Notes under the pieces: model-generated
The model's database searches: none
What the model was told of the DNA's origin: nothing
The model's input: the letters and a program-made list of their open reading frames with translations, nothing else
Translations under genes and position numbers: made by a program
Assembly (NCBI GenBank): GCA_050246815.1
Contig: JBFWVI010000001.1
Span: 22,184-86,183 of the forward strand
Length of the DNA: 64,000 nt
Direction of reading: 5' to 3'
Origin: Bdellovibrionales bacterium
GTDB lineage: Bacteria > Bdellovibrionota > Bdellovibrionia > Bdellovibrionales > UBA1609
Part shown: positions 1 to 8,969 of the stretch, piece after piece
How positions within the stretch are numbered: the stretch's first letter is position 1
Layout of the letters: every line of letters begins with the position of its first letter

Positions 1-130
1 CCGCACGCAAGTGCCCTTTGCCGAACATGACCGCGTGTTCGCCCGTGACATTGAGGTTGTCAAAGGTTTGATCTGCAGCGGTCAGTTGTTGGATGTGGTG
101 AAGTCGGCCATCGGGGAGTTGGAAATATGA
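1..130 (+). CDS. hutH: histidine ammonia-lyase, C-terminal fragment (5' end outside window)
   Basis: The frame is open from the window edge and ends at TGA 128-130 (...[33 protein letters not shown]). It makes an ATGA overlap with the hutU start. The call rests on synteny with hutU and a HAL-like tail. Confidence 0.5.
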   Translation, partial: RTQVPFAEHDRVFARDIEVVKGLICSGQLLDVVKSAIGELEI

Positions 131-1773
131 GTCGCGTGATCAAGGCCCCCACGGGATCGAAGCTCAATTGCAAGGGCTGGTTGCAAGAGGCGGCCTTTCG
201 CATGATTCAAAATAATCTGGATCCCAATGTGGCAGAGGCCCCGGATCAACTGGTGGTGTATGGTGGTCGTGGCAAAGCGGCGCGCGATTGGAAAAGCTTT
301 GATCAAATTTTGGCATCATTGAAAATTTTAAACAGCGATGAAACCTTGCTGGTCCAATCCGGTAAGCCGGTGGGCATTGTGCGCACGCACGAGGACGCGC
401 CACGCGTTTTGTTGGCGAACTCCAATTTGGTCGGCAAATGGGCCAATTGGGAGGTCTTCGATGAACTCGAGAAAAAAGGCCTGATGATGTACGGCCAAAT
501 GACCGCGGGTTCTTGGATCTATATTGGCACCCAAGGTATCGTTCAGGGCACTTACGAAACCTTCGCCGAAGCTGGGCGTCGTCATTTTGGCGGCTCGCTT
601 AAAGGCAAAGTCATTTTGACGGCGGGTTTGGGCGGAATGGGCGGAGCCCAGCCACTGGCTGGTGTTTTCGCTGGCGCCGTGGTGTTGGCGGTGGAAGTAG
701 ATCCATGGCGAATTCAGCGCCGCCTTGAGACTCGCTATGTCGATGAGCAAGCTCAAAACTTGGATGAGGCCATTGCCTTGGTTGAAAAATATAAAAAGTC
801 AGGTCAGGCCAAATCGATAGCGCTTCAAGGCAATATGGCCGAAGTGATTCATCAAATGCTCGGGAAAGGCTTTTTACCTGATCTGTTGACGGATCAAACT
901 TCAGCCCACGATCCTGTGAATGGCTATATCCCTGAAGGCTACGACATCAAAGCCGCCGCCGAGCTGCGCAAAGTGGATCCGAAAAAATATTTAAAATTGG
1001 CCCGCGCAAGCATCGCCAATCACGTGCGCGGTATGCTGGAGATGAAAAAGCGCGGTGCGATCACTTTTGATTATGGCAATAACATTCGCGCAGAAGCGCA
1101 AATCGAAGGCGTGCAAAACGCATTCGATATTCCGGGGTTCGTGCCTGAATATATTCGGCCGTTGTTTTGCAAGGGCTCGGGCCCATTTCGTTGGGTGGCC
1201 CTTTCGGGTGATCCACAGGATATTCGTGTGACCGATCAAGCGGTGCGCGAATTATTTCCAGATAAGCCACACCTGCAGCGTTGGCTCGATATGGCCGAAG
1301 AGCGCATCGCGTTTCAAGGGTTGCCAGCGCGAATTTGTTGGCTTGAGTATGGTGAACGCGCCAAAGCCGGCTTGAAATTCAATGAACTGGTGGCCGGCGG
1401 CAAAGTGAAAGCGCCGATTGTGATCGGACGAGACCATTTGGATTGTGGTTCCGTGGCCTCGCCCAATCGTGAAACCGAGGCGATGAAAGATGGCTCGGAC
1501 GTGATCGCCGATTGGCCCATACTCAACGCACTTTTAAACACCGCCTGTGGCGCCACATGGGTCAGCTTTCATCACGGCGGCGGAGTCGGCATGGGCTATA
1601 GTCTGCATGCGGGTCAGGTGATTGTAGCGGATGGCACCCCCGCCGCGGCCAAGCGTTTAGAGCGGGTTCTAACCGCCGATCCGGCCATGGGAGTTTTTCG
1701 TCACGTCGACGCGGGCTACGAAGAGGCGGCCACGATTGCGCGTGAACGTGGAGTGCAGATCCCTGGCCTTTGA
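127..1773 (+). CDS. hutU: urocanate hydratase
   Basis: 548-aa ORF. The full-length urocanase signature is recognisable ([57 protein letters not shown]). Confidence 0.95.
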   Translation: MSRVIKAPTGSKLNCKGWLQEAAFRMIQNNLDPNVAEAPDQLVVYGGRGKAARDWKSFDQILASLKILNSDETLLVQSGKPVGIVRTHEDAPRVLLANSNLVGKWANWEVFDELEKKGLMMYGQMTAGSWIYIGTQGIVQGTYETFAEAGRRHFGGSLKGKVILTAGLGGMGGAQPLAGVFAGAVVLAVEVDPWRIQRRLETRYVDEQAQNLDEAIALVEKYKKSGQAKSIALQGNMAEVIHQMLGKGFLPDLLTDQTSAHDPVNGYIPEGYDIKAAAELRKVDPKKYLKLARASIANHVRGMLEMKKRGAITFDYGNNIRAEAQIEGVQNAFDIPGFVPEYIRPLFCKGSGPFRWVALSGDPQDIRVTDQAVRELFPDKPHLQRWLDMAEERIAFQGLPARICWLEYGERAKAGLKFNELVAGGKVKAPIVIGRDHLDCGSVASPNRETEAMKDGSDVIADWPILNALLNTACGATWVSFHHGGGVGMGYSLHAGQVIVADGTPAAAKRLERVLTADPAMGVFRHVDAGYEEAATIARERGVQIPGL

Positions 1774-1917
1774 TTTCTTGGTGTCAATCTGCCGGATTGA
1801 TTTGTAAATTAGAGCCACTTTGTCTTTTTTTGCGTCTCAAGTCTGAGGCGAGTGCATCATCTTCGATACAAAATCAATTGGCCCACCTCTTGAAATGCAA
1901 AGGTCAGGGGGTGCAAC

Positions 1918-2496
1918 ATGAAAACTCGAGCCGCATGGATTCTGACACTGATTTTTTCGCCGCAACTTTTCGCCCAATCACTGGAGTTCGGTCGACCGGG
2001 CCTTGGTGGGTCGGGTTGTAAGTCCGAATCGACCACCATTACGATGCGCGAGGATCGCCAGCAGTTGCATATTTTATTTAATGATTATTTGGCTCACAGC
2101 TCTTTTGGTGAAGGCCCCGCAATTGATCGCAAGGCCTGCAGTTTGGCGATTCCAGTGAGGGTGCCCTACGGATATAGCGTGGCGCTGTTGCCGGTGGAAT
2201 TAAATGGGTTTGCCGCCATCAGCGAGGGGGGCCAGGGCGAGGTGCAGATTGAAACTTTTTTTGCGGGTCAACAGGGGCGTCACGAGGTCCACCCTCTGCG
2301 GTCGGGTGAAATCGACTATTTCACGGTGTACAGCAGCCCGCTTTTGCAGCGAGAAATCTGGTCTGCTTGTGGCCAGGATACAATTTTAAGGATCAACACC
2401 AGCGTTTTAAGTAAGGCCAATGCCGAAGGTGCACGAAGTCTGATTTTGGTGCAGAATGCGGCCACTTTTGAGTTGCAATGGAAGCGCTGTCCGTAG
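1918..2496 (+). CDS. secreted hypothetical protein (possibly DUF4360-like)
   Basis: 192 aa with SD-like AGGGGG upstream and signal peptide MKTRAAWILTLIFSPQLFAQS. The GSGC...C pattern is reminiscent of DUF4360; this is not verified. Confidence 0.6.
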   Translation: MKTRAAWILTLIFSPQLFAQSLEFGRPGLGGSGCKSESTTITMREDRQQLHILFNDYLAHSSFGEGPAIDRKACSLAIPVRVPYGYSVALLPVELNGFAAISEGGQGEVQIETFFAGQQGRHEVHPLRSGEIDYFTVYSSPLLQREIWSACGQDTILRINTSVLSKANAEGARSLILVQNAATFELQWKRCP

Positions 2497-2510
2497 AATC
2501 AAAATGCGAC

Positions 2511-2570
2511 AAAACTGGATGATTTGAGAATCTCCTTTTGAGAATAAACAAAATCACTTCATCCAGTTTT
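2511..2570 (+). terminator. stem-loop after the 192-aa gene (12-bp perfect arms, 36-nt spacer, 3' T-run)
   Basis: aaaactggatga (2511-2522) pairs with tcatccagtttt (2559-2570). The spacer carries ttgagaat twice. The large loop makes it an atypical intrinsic terminator. Confidence 0.3.
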
Positions 2571-2726
2571 CCTGATCTTCGGCTTAAAGCGGCCGTTTCG
2601 ATGTCTCATCATGAATCAATTGGCTTAATGTAAACTAATGAAATTGTTCAATTAAAATAAATTTTAACTCAATGCACAAGTTTCTTTCTGGAGCGACCGA
2701 TAAGACTTTAGTCCAGGAGAGATTAT

Positions 2727-4373
2727 ATGTTGTACGTTGACGGTGCCAAAAGAAGCGTGATTTCTAATAACCGTGGCAGTTCACTCGTGCTGGTGCTGGC
2801 CTTTATGGCCGTGGCCATGTCGGTGGTGACGGTTCTCAATCAGCCCAATATCAATCGAAGCACAATTCAAAATGCGCGTGTTATCAATGGTCGTAACACC
2901 TTGGCCTCGCACATTCGTAAGTATGCTTCGATGGGCGGTACTTTTCGTGCGAGTTTGAATCCTGAGGTCGTGGCGCTGAATCCGGCCTTGAAAAGCTGCA
3001 TATTAGGAGACAATACCAATCCTTGCATTGGAATGGGCCTTGAGCGTCCCTTAACTCTTTATTACCCCGCTTCGACAGGTGCGGCCGGAACTTCTTTAAA
3101 ATTGATTTCGGGCCCCGGCCCTTTTGGTAGCGCCGATGCGCGTGCGGCCTTCTATGATCTTAAGGGTGGGTTGTGCAGCAATGAGGTGGGCACAGAAAAT
3201 GCCGAATGCCCGTTTGAAGTGTACACCACCTTTTCTGCAGCTTGTCCGGCGGGTGATGCCGTTTGCCCCTTGGCATCTTCGATCATGGTTCATTTCTATA
3301 TTCGCTACAACGCCGCCGTCGCCAATACGATGGTGATCAGTATGATGCAACTGGCTCCGGTGGACGAGATGACTGTGTCGATCGACATCAACGACATCTT
3401 GCCCCCAGATTACGGCAAAGCCACTCAGAACGTCGTGGTCACCGTGATCAATACCAACGTTCAAGAGGTCGCGGCCACCGAATCCACTCCATTTGAGCGC
3501 GCCATTGAAACGGCCGGAATTACGGATCCCGTGCTGATCGCCAAATTAAAAGCAGCTTATGAAGGTATTGATAACGTCAAAATTTTAAATGCCTTGATCA
3601 GCGCCAACATCACGGATCAGGAACTGGCGCAAGATATTGCCTCGGCCATTCTTGAGGCCGGGGTGACAAGTGGTCGTGCCATGCGGGTTATTGCGGGTGC
3701 GGGTATCACGGATCCCAATCAGGCTATTTTTGTGGCCAACTCAGGGATCACCAGTTCAGATTTTGTGCGCACTATTTTTGATCTCGGAGTCGATAACCCT
3801 TGGATCGCGGGTGCGATGTTTGAGTCGGGTATCACCAGTGTCGAGACCCTCACTCAAGTTTGGGGCGCGATCGCCAACGTAGATCACAGTTTCGCCTTGC
3901 AGTATTACCTGGCCTATGTTGGCGAAACCAGCGGGGAGCGTGCAGCGGCCTTTGAACGTGCCGTCATTGAAGGTGGTGTGGTGGATTCGTACACGATCTA
4001 CATCATGGTGCAAGAAGGTATCACTGATGGAACTCAGGCCCGGCTTTTAGAAGAGCGTTTGCGGGCTGAATACGCAGCCTATCTGGCAGAGTCTGAAGCG
4101 CGCGCGATCGAAGAGGCCGCTGCCGCAGCCGGCGCGGCCGGAGAAACCGGAGATGTTGCGGCCACAGACCCGGCTGCAACGACAGACCCCAATGCGGATC
4201 CCAATGCGACCGTCTCGACTGGCGGCAGCACGGGTTCAAGCGGCGGCGAGGTGATTATTTCGCAGACCGAAGGTGAAACAACAATCGTGGTGGGTTCAGC
4301 TGAAACGCCCGTGGATGTTCAGCCGATTTCCACTTGCGTGACAGACCAATGTTCATCGATAGTTGGATATTGA
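2727..4373 (+). CDS. PilX_N-type pilin-like protein with a six-Cys domain, a G-I-T-D/S repeat region and a low-complexity tail
   Basis: 548 aa with SD AGGAGA 8 nt upstream of the ATG. The N-terminus NNRGSSLVLVLAFMAVAMSVVTVL resembles PilX N-terminal domains (R-G followed by a hydrophobic helix, no Glu5). Confidence 0.75.
   Translation: MLYVDGAKRSVISNNRGSSLVLVLAFMAVAMSVVTVLNQPNINRSTIQNARVINGRNTLASHIRKYASMGGTFRASLNPEVVALNPALKSCILGDNTNPCIGMGLERPLTLYYPASTGAAGTSLKLISGPGPFGSADARAAFYDLKGGLCSNEVGTENAECPFEVYTTFSAACPAGDAVCPLASSIMVHFYIRYNAAVANTMVISMMQLAPVDEMTVSIDINDILPPDYGKATQNVVVTVINTNVQEVAATESTPFERAIETAGITDPVLIAKLKAAYEGIDNVKILNALISANITDQELAQDIASAILEAGVTSGRAMRVIAGAGITDPNQAIFVANSGITSSDFVRTIFDLGVDNPWIAGAMFESGITSVETLTQVWGAIANVDHSFALQYYLAYVGETSGERAAAFERAVIEGGVVDSYTIYIMVQEGITDGTQARLLEERLRAEYAAYLAESEARAIEEAAAAAGAAGETGDVAATDPAATTDPNADPNATVSTGGSTGSSGGEVIISQTEGETTIVVGSAETPVDVQPISTCVTDQCSSIVGY
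3492..4049 (+). repeat. about 10 tandem 14-18-aa protein repeats, x-G-I/V-T/D-D/S-x(3)-hydrophobic helix
   Basis: Read from the translation: AGITDPVLIAKLK / GIDNVKILNALIS / ANITDQELAQDIAS / AGVTSGRAMRVIAG / AGITDPNQAIFVAN / SGITSSDFVRTIFD / LGVDNPWIAGAMFE / SGITSVETLTQVWG / GGVVDSYTIYIMVQ / EGITDGTQARLLEE. The region is bracketed by FERAIETAG and FERAVIEGG. Confidence 0.7.
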
Positions 4374-4990
4374 ATAAAAAAAGAAAACACTCTCAGCTTG
4401 GGCATACTTTAATTGAGGTCATGATCGCAGGATTGATCTTTGCGGTCTTGATTTTAGCCGTGGCAAAAGTTTACGAAGAAGTTTTTGTTAACACCGAGCG
4501 CAACAAGCTGATGTTGTCGCGGGACCAGATTGTGATTCTAACCCGTCAGCTTGCCGGCGATATTCGTGCCTTAAGGATGACCCTGACCAAACCTGAAAAT
4601 GCCCAATTTCGTAGCTGTGTTTGTGGCGGGGGATGTGTGAGTATGCAAACCAACCCGCTGAGCCTTTACGACTGGGCTGGCGAAGCGCCACAGACCCCCA
4701 ATTTTTATGACGCCTCCGGTTTTCCGTGCGACCCGGCTAGAACCAATTGTTACATCCAGGTGACTACGACTTTTTTGGCCGAATGCCGCCCACCATTGCC
4801 CACGGCCAATCCGGTCCCTCCCGCCAATTGCAACATCCCAGCCGAGTTCGTTCAGGTTATTTATAGCATACGCCAAAATCCCACTACGGTGGATCCGAAC
4901 CAAGTGGATTCCCCGGTGATTTTAAAACCTATTCAAGGTGGAGTTTTCACTCAAGTGGAAGACATTGCGCCAGGGGGCGTCTGCCCATGA
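4370..4990 (+). CDS. type IV prepilin-motif protein (minor pilin / pseudopilin-like)
   Basis: Leader MNKKRKHSQLG|HTLIEVMIAGLIF has a short basic leader, Gly-1, Glu+5 and a hydrophobic helix. The start is uncertain: TTG 4370 is preferred, with alternatives ATG 4349 and TTG 4334. It shares the six-Cys domain with its neighbours. Confidence 0.8.
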   Translation: MNKKRKHSQLGHTLIEVMIAGLIFAVLILAVAKVYEEVFVNTERNKLMLSRDQIVILTRQLAGDIRALRMTLTKPENAQFRSCVCGGGCVSMQTNPLSLYDWAGEAPQTPNFYDASGFPCDPARTNCYIQVTTTFLAECRPPLPTANPVPPANCNIPAEFVQVIYSIRQNPTTVDPNQVDSPVILKPIQGGVFTQVEDIAPGGVCP

Positions 4991-5688
4991 AGAACCGTCG
5001 CGGTTTTACTTTGGTTGAAGTGATGGTGGCCAGTGCCATTGCGGGTGGGTTTATTTTGCTCACCATGACTTACTCCAAAATTATGCAGACCAACACTGGA
5101 GTGACTCGGGCGATCTCAACTCGAGATCGTATCTTGGCCGGGGTCAGAAGCTTGGCTGGCATGCCAGCTTCGCTGCGTAATAGCATGCGGGCGTCGGATG
5201 GAGCGGGCACAGTGGTCAACCCCAGGCTTCTGGCCTGCGCTGGCGGTAACCCTGCCAATGGCTGCCAAAGCGGTATCAGCTACGCTTTTACGCTTTATTC
5301 GCCCTTGGTGGCATTGGACGCCGCCGGCAATCCTGTTGGTATTCAACCCATCGCTTCGCCGATGGGCAGCGCGGTTCCCATGCGATTCGACAACTTTGGA
5401 TTACCATGTACGACGGCAGGCCCCAACTGTGCGCTTTTGGTGCAGACGGCGTTTAAGGCTCAGTGTGGCCCGCCCCCGCTGCCTTTCCCTCGACCCGCAG
5501 TGATCACGCCTGAAATGTTAATTCCGGCTGTGGTCTGCACCATTGCGGATTTGATCGACGTGACTTATCAGGTGCAACTGGATCCCAATGTTGTGGAGGC
5601 CAATGATGTCTTCACTCCTTTTGCCACCCCGGTACGCGGTACTGTGGCGACCCCGGTGCGTTTGATTTCGGGTAATCAGCCTCAATAG
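4987..5688 (+). CDS. type IV prepilin-motif protein (minor pilin / pseudopilin-like)
   Basis: MKNRRG|FTLVEVMVASAIAGGFILL is a classic N-methylation/cleavage motif. The start makes an ATGA overlap with the upstream gene. Confidence 0.85.
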   Translation: MKNRRGFTLVEVMVASAIAGGFILLTMTYSKIMQTNTGVTRAISTRDRILAGVRSLAGMPASLRNSMRASDGAGTVVNPRLLACAGGNPANGCQSGISYAFTLYSPLVALDAAGNPVGIQPIASPMGSAVPMRFDNFGLPCTTAGPNCALLVQTAFKAQCGPPPLPFPRPAVITPEMLIPAVVCTIADLIDVTYQVQLDPNVVEANDVFTPFATPVRGTVATPVRLISGNQPQ

Positions 5689-5818
5689 CAAATTCATAAA
5701 GGCAAATTCTAAGCTGGTGAGTTTATAAATGTGTAGTTTGTGCGCTCGCCTTAGACCTATGTCCTGGGATTGATTTTAACAATTTTGATTTTATCCCGTT
5801 CTTTCCTACAATTGGTTC

Positions 5819-6418
5819 ATGAATAAAATTATACGGTTTTCCCTTTTGGCGTTGATCTTGGGGTTTGTGGGTCAGGTGCAGGCGGCTTTGTCGCCGGTCT
5901 CGGTGGCCATCGTCCCGCCGGTGCAATTTCCGTCGAAGGATTTTTCAATCACGGGCGCACGCCTGAGCTTAATTTATGGCCAACACCGCGATGTCTATGG
6001 GCTTGATTTGGGTCTGATCGGCAACATCACCGAGCAAACCTTTGTTGGCGTCGGGGTGTCGGGCCTTTTCAACATCACCAAGGGGCAAACAAAGGCGATT
6101 GGTCTGCAAGCGGCGGGTTTGACCAACTGGAACGTGAATAAAACCGACGTTTATGGGATTCAGTTGGCGCTGGGTTTAAACCGCAATATCGCGGCTTCTT
6201 CCGTGGTGGGCTTACAGGCGGCTTTGGTCAACATGGGTGAGCACACCACAATCTATGGCGCTCAAGTGGGGGTTTACAATCGGGCCTTGCGCGTAAATGG
6301 GATTCAGTTGGGCCTGGTGAATGTCACCGAATCCTTAAGTGGTATTCAAATCGGCCTGATCAACTTCCATCGTAAGGGCCTCTTCAGCGTCTCGCCCATT
6401 CTGAATATCGGGTTTTAG
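5819..6418 (+). CDS. secreted tandem-repeat protein (G-x-Q-x-G-x-x-N repeats)
   Basis: 199 aa with signal peptide ...VGQVQA. It has about 8 repeats of 14-18 aa, such as VYGIQLALGLN, VVGLQAALVN, VNGIQLGLVN and SGIQIGLIN, and a C-terminal Phe. Confidence 0.7.
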   Translation: MNKIIRFSLLALILGFVGQVQAALSPVSVAIVPPVQFPSKDFSITGARLSLIYGQHRDVYGLDLGLIGNITEQTFVGVGVSGLFNITKGQTKAIGLQAAGLTNWNVNKTDVYGIQLALGLNRNIAASSVVGLQAALVNMGEHTTIYGAQVGVYNRALRVNGIQLGLVNVTESLSGIQIGLINFHRKGLFSVSPILNIGF

Positions 6419-6441
6419 ATGTTTAAAGTGCGTCTAAAAAC

Positions 6442-6469
6442 TTGACCAAGGTCCGGCGCCGTCTATTCT
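6442..6469 (+). promoter_or_regulatory. sigma-70-like promoter candidate for hutI (TTGACC-N16-TATTCT), possibly giving a leaderless mRNA
   Basis: TTGACC at 6442-6447 and TATTCT at 6464-6469. The hutI ATG at 6475 is only 5 nt after the -10 box, and no SD is present. Confidence 0.35.
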
Positions 6470-6474
6470 AGGTC

Positions 6475-7758
6475 ATGGCTAAAAAAACAATCGCCAAGGG
6501 TATTTCAAAAAACCTTCTTTTCACCAATATTGGCGAAGTGCTGACAATGGCCGGGGTTGTCCTTAAAAGTGGCCGCAGACCCACTGAATCGGATTTAAGC
6601 TCGGTTACCGACGCGGCCATGGCGGTGGTCAATGGCAAAGTCATGTGGGTCGGGCCACAAAAATATTTTGATCGTGAAACCAAAAAAGAAATTTTCGGTC
6701 GACACACGGTACGCGAAGTCAATTTAAAGGGCCGCACCGTGCTGCCGGGCTTTGTCGAGTGCCACACGCACCTGCTTTTTGCTGGTGATCGCCGTGAGGA
6801 GTTTGAATGGCGCAATCAAGGGATTACGTATCAAGAGATTTCGTCTCGCGGAGGTGGTATCCGTAACACCATGAAGGCAACACGACTGGCCTCAGCCAAA
6901 ACGCTTCTGGCCCTTGGGCAGACGCGAACGGATCGTTTTGTACGTCAAGGTGTAACCACTTTAGAGGTCAAATCGGGCTATGGTTTGGATCTGGAGTCTG
7001 AACTTAAACTTCTTAAGGTGGCGCGTTCTTTAAGTGGGCCCGAGATCGTTTCAACTTTTCTGGGGCCTCATTCTTTGCCGCCAGAGTTCACCAGCTATGA
7101 TGAATATCTTGATTTTGTGCAACATAAGATTTTACCGACTGTGGCCAAAGGCAAATTGGCCGAGAGAGTCGATATTTTTATCGAAAGAGGCTTTTTCACC
7201 AAGGCCCACGCTGAGAAGTGGTTTCAGGCGGCGCAGAAGCTTGGGCTTCAAGTGGTCGCGCACACGGATCAACTTAGCTCTGGGGGGGGCAGTGTGTTGG
7301 CGGCCCGTCATCACGCGCTTTCTGTGGACCATGCCGTTCATTTGCAGCCTGAAGAGATTGGGCAATTGGCAAAGAGCGACACCACGGCAGTGTTGTTGCC
7401 GACCAGTGATTTTTATTTGCAAGAGGCCTATCCCCAAGCGCGTAAGATGATCGATTCGGGCGTTAGAGTGGCTTTGGCAACGGATTTCAATCCGGGCACA
7501 AGCCCATCACAAAACTTGTCGTTGGTGGGAGTTTTGGCGCGAATCCAAATGAAAATGTCGCTGGCGGAGGTTTTGGTGGCCTACACCTACAACGCCGCAG
7601 CGGCTTTGGGGCGGCAATCGCACTTGGGGCATTTGTCCGCTGGCGCATGCGCGGATTTTGCGGTTCTAAGCGGCTCTTGGCGAGAATTGTTCTACGAAGT
7701 GGGCCATCATCCCATCAATTCGGTTTGGCGGGGGGGCACCCCGGTCGCTTTTTCTTAA
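6475..7758 (+). CDS. hutI: imidazolonepropionase
   Basis: 427 aa with metal-binding GFVECHTHLLFAG, RGGGIRNT and HTDQL motifs typical of HutI amidohydrolases. Confidence 0.9.
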   Translation: MAKKTIAKGISKNLLFTNIGEVLTMAGVVLKSGRRPTESDLSSVTDAAMAVVNGKVMWVGPQKYFDRETKKEIFGRHTVREVNLKGRTVLPGFVECHTHLLFAGDRREEFEWRNQGITYQEISSRGGGIRNTMKATRLASAKTLLALGQTRTDRFVRQGVTTLEVKSGYGLDLESELKLLKVARSLSGPEIVSTFLGPHSLPPEFTSYDEYLDFVQHKILPTVAKGKLAERVDIFIERGFFTKAHAEKWFQAAQKLGLQVVAHTDQLSSGGGSVLAARHHALSVDHAVHLQPEEIGQLAKSDTTAVLLPTSDFYLQEAYPQARKMIDSGVRVALATDFNPGTSPSQNLSLVGVLARIQMKMSLAEVLVAYTYNAAAALGRQSHLGHLSAGACADFAVLSGSWRELFYEVGHHPINSVWRGGTPVAFS

Positions 7759-7857
7759 AATCAATAAAAAAACTTTTGCTTTTATACAAAGAACTTTCCT
7801 AGTCTTGAGGTGTCACGACTGGTGTAGGGGTATCGCTAGCCTAAGGAGAAACAACGG

Positions 7858-8289
7858 ATGAGGCAATCCGCATCGCAGTTGACCCAATCGCGATTTTATT
7901 CGCCGGCTTTTAATGCGGCGATTTTTGATGGACCGGTCCGAATTTATTTTGCGCAATATCAAGAGGCTTTGGCGCTGAAGATTTACTTTCGCCTGCAAGA
8001 TCGTCTGCAGGGCTGGCTGGCTCCAGAGCACCAGCTTTCTCGTTCTAGACTGCCCAACGTGTTTTTGATGCTGTATCCAACCGAAGAAATCTTCGCTAAC
8101 TGTTTTTCAGGTGAGCAGTGTCAAGACAAGGTGGTCGCCGAACGTTTGGGCGAGGATCATGTGATCGGGGTCTGTGGCCCATTGCGCGAAGAAGACTCGG
8201 ATCGTCTATTGGATCGAATCGAGGCCATCGCGGCCAAATGGCAAGGGGCCCCACTGATGACGCAGCCATTGGCTTTGGCGGAATTTTAG
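7858..8289 (+). CDS. hypothetical protein
   Basis: 143 aa with SD AAGGAGA upstream. No motif recognised. Confidence 0.5.
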   Translation: MRQSASQLTQSRFYSPAFNAAIFDGPVRIYFAQYQEALALKIYFRLQDRLQGWLAPEHQLSRSRLPNVFLMLYPTEEIFANCFSGEQCQDKVVAERLGEDHVIGVCGPLREEDSDRLLDRIEAIAAKWQGAPLMTQPLALAEF

Positions 8290-8321
8290 TTTTCAAGCCT
8301 GCGGCGTTAAGGTGACAAGGA

Positions 8322-8969
8322 ATGGGTGCTGGCTCGGTTCAATTTTTGGTTTGTTTAATTGCGGCTGGTCTTTTGGCTGGCTGCGGTTCGCAATTTGGAA
8401 CCCGTCTAGCCCACGCGCCTGAGCCTTCCTGCGGTTTTTTTCAATCTCAAAGCGGGTACCGAGTGTCTTGGGCCTCGCGCACCCCCGTGCAACTAAATGT
8501 CAGTCAAAATTGGCCAAGCGAGTTTCGTGGCGCGGTTCAAGGCGCCGTCGACATTTGGAATTTGGCTCAAGACTACTCTTATATCTCTGTGAACTTTGAT
8601 TCGACAGCGGTGGGAGTAACTTCAGCGCCGGACTCTTTGAATGGTCTTTATTGGATGGAGACCTGGTCCGAAGAACGTTCGCGTGAGCAAGGTGTGACGA
8701 CTTTGCGTTTCAAAAATGACCGCGCCACCGAAGCCGATGTGCGGGTGAACGCCAAAAATTTTAGTTTTTACGATGAAACCCCCACCCATTATGGTCAGGT
8801 TCATATGGGCAGTTTGTTGGTTCACGAGTTTGGCCACCTTTTGGGTATGAATCATCGCAACACATATAGCAGTGTGATGTATCCTTATCTGGAGGCCAAC
8901 ACGATCCGTGTGCAATTGCTGCCGGTGGATTTGGAATCGCTTATCTGCGAATACGGAGCCAGTCGATGA
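8322..8969 (+). CDS. metzincin (matrixin-like) zinc metalloprotease lipoprotein
   Basis: Lipobox LLAGC, zinc site HEFGHLLGMNH (HExxHxxGxxH), and a downstream Met-turn SVMYP. Confidence 0.8.
   Translation: MGAGSVQFLVCLIAAGLLAGCGSQFGTRLAHAPEPSCGFFQSQSGYRVSWASRTPVQLNVSQNWPSEFRGAVQGAVDIWNLAQDYSYISVNFDSTAVGVTSAPDSLNGLYWMETWSEERSREQGVTTLRFKNDRATEADVRVNAKNFSFYDETPTHYGQVHMGSLLVHEFGHLLGMNHRNTYSSVMYPYLEANTIRVQLLPVDLESLICEYGASR

Noticed and set aside
2620-2726. sigma-54 (TGGCAC-N5-TTGC) promoters upstream of pilin-like modules A and B (61714-61830)
   Set aside because: No acceptable match was seen. Only AT-rich sequence is present, plus a short hairpin (ctttggg...cccaaag, 61774-61799) of unknown meaning.
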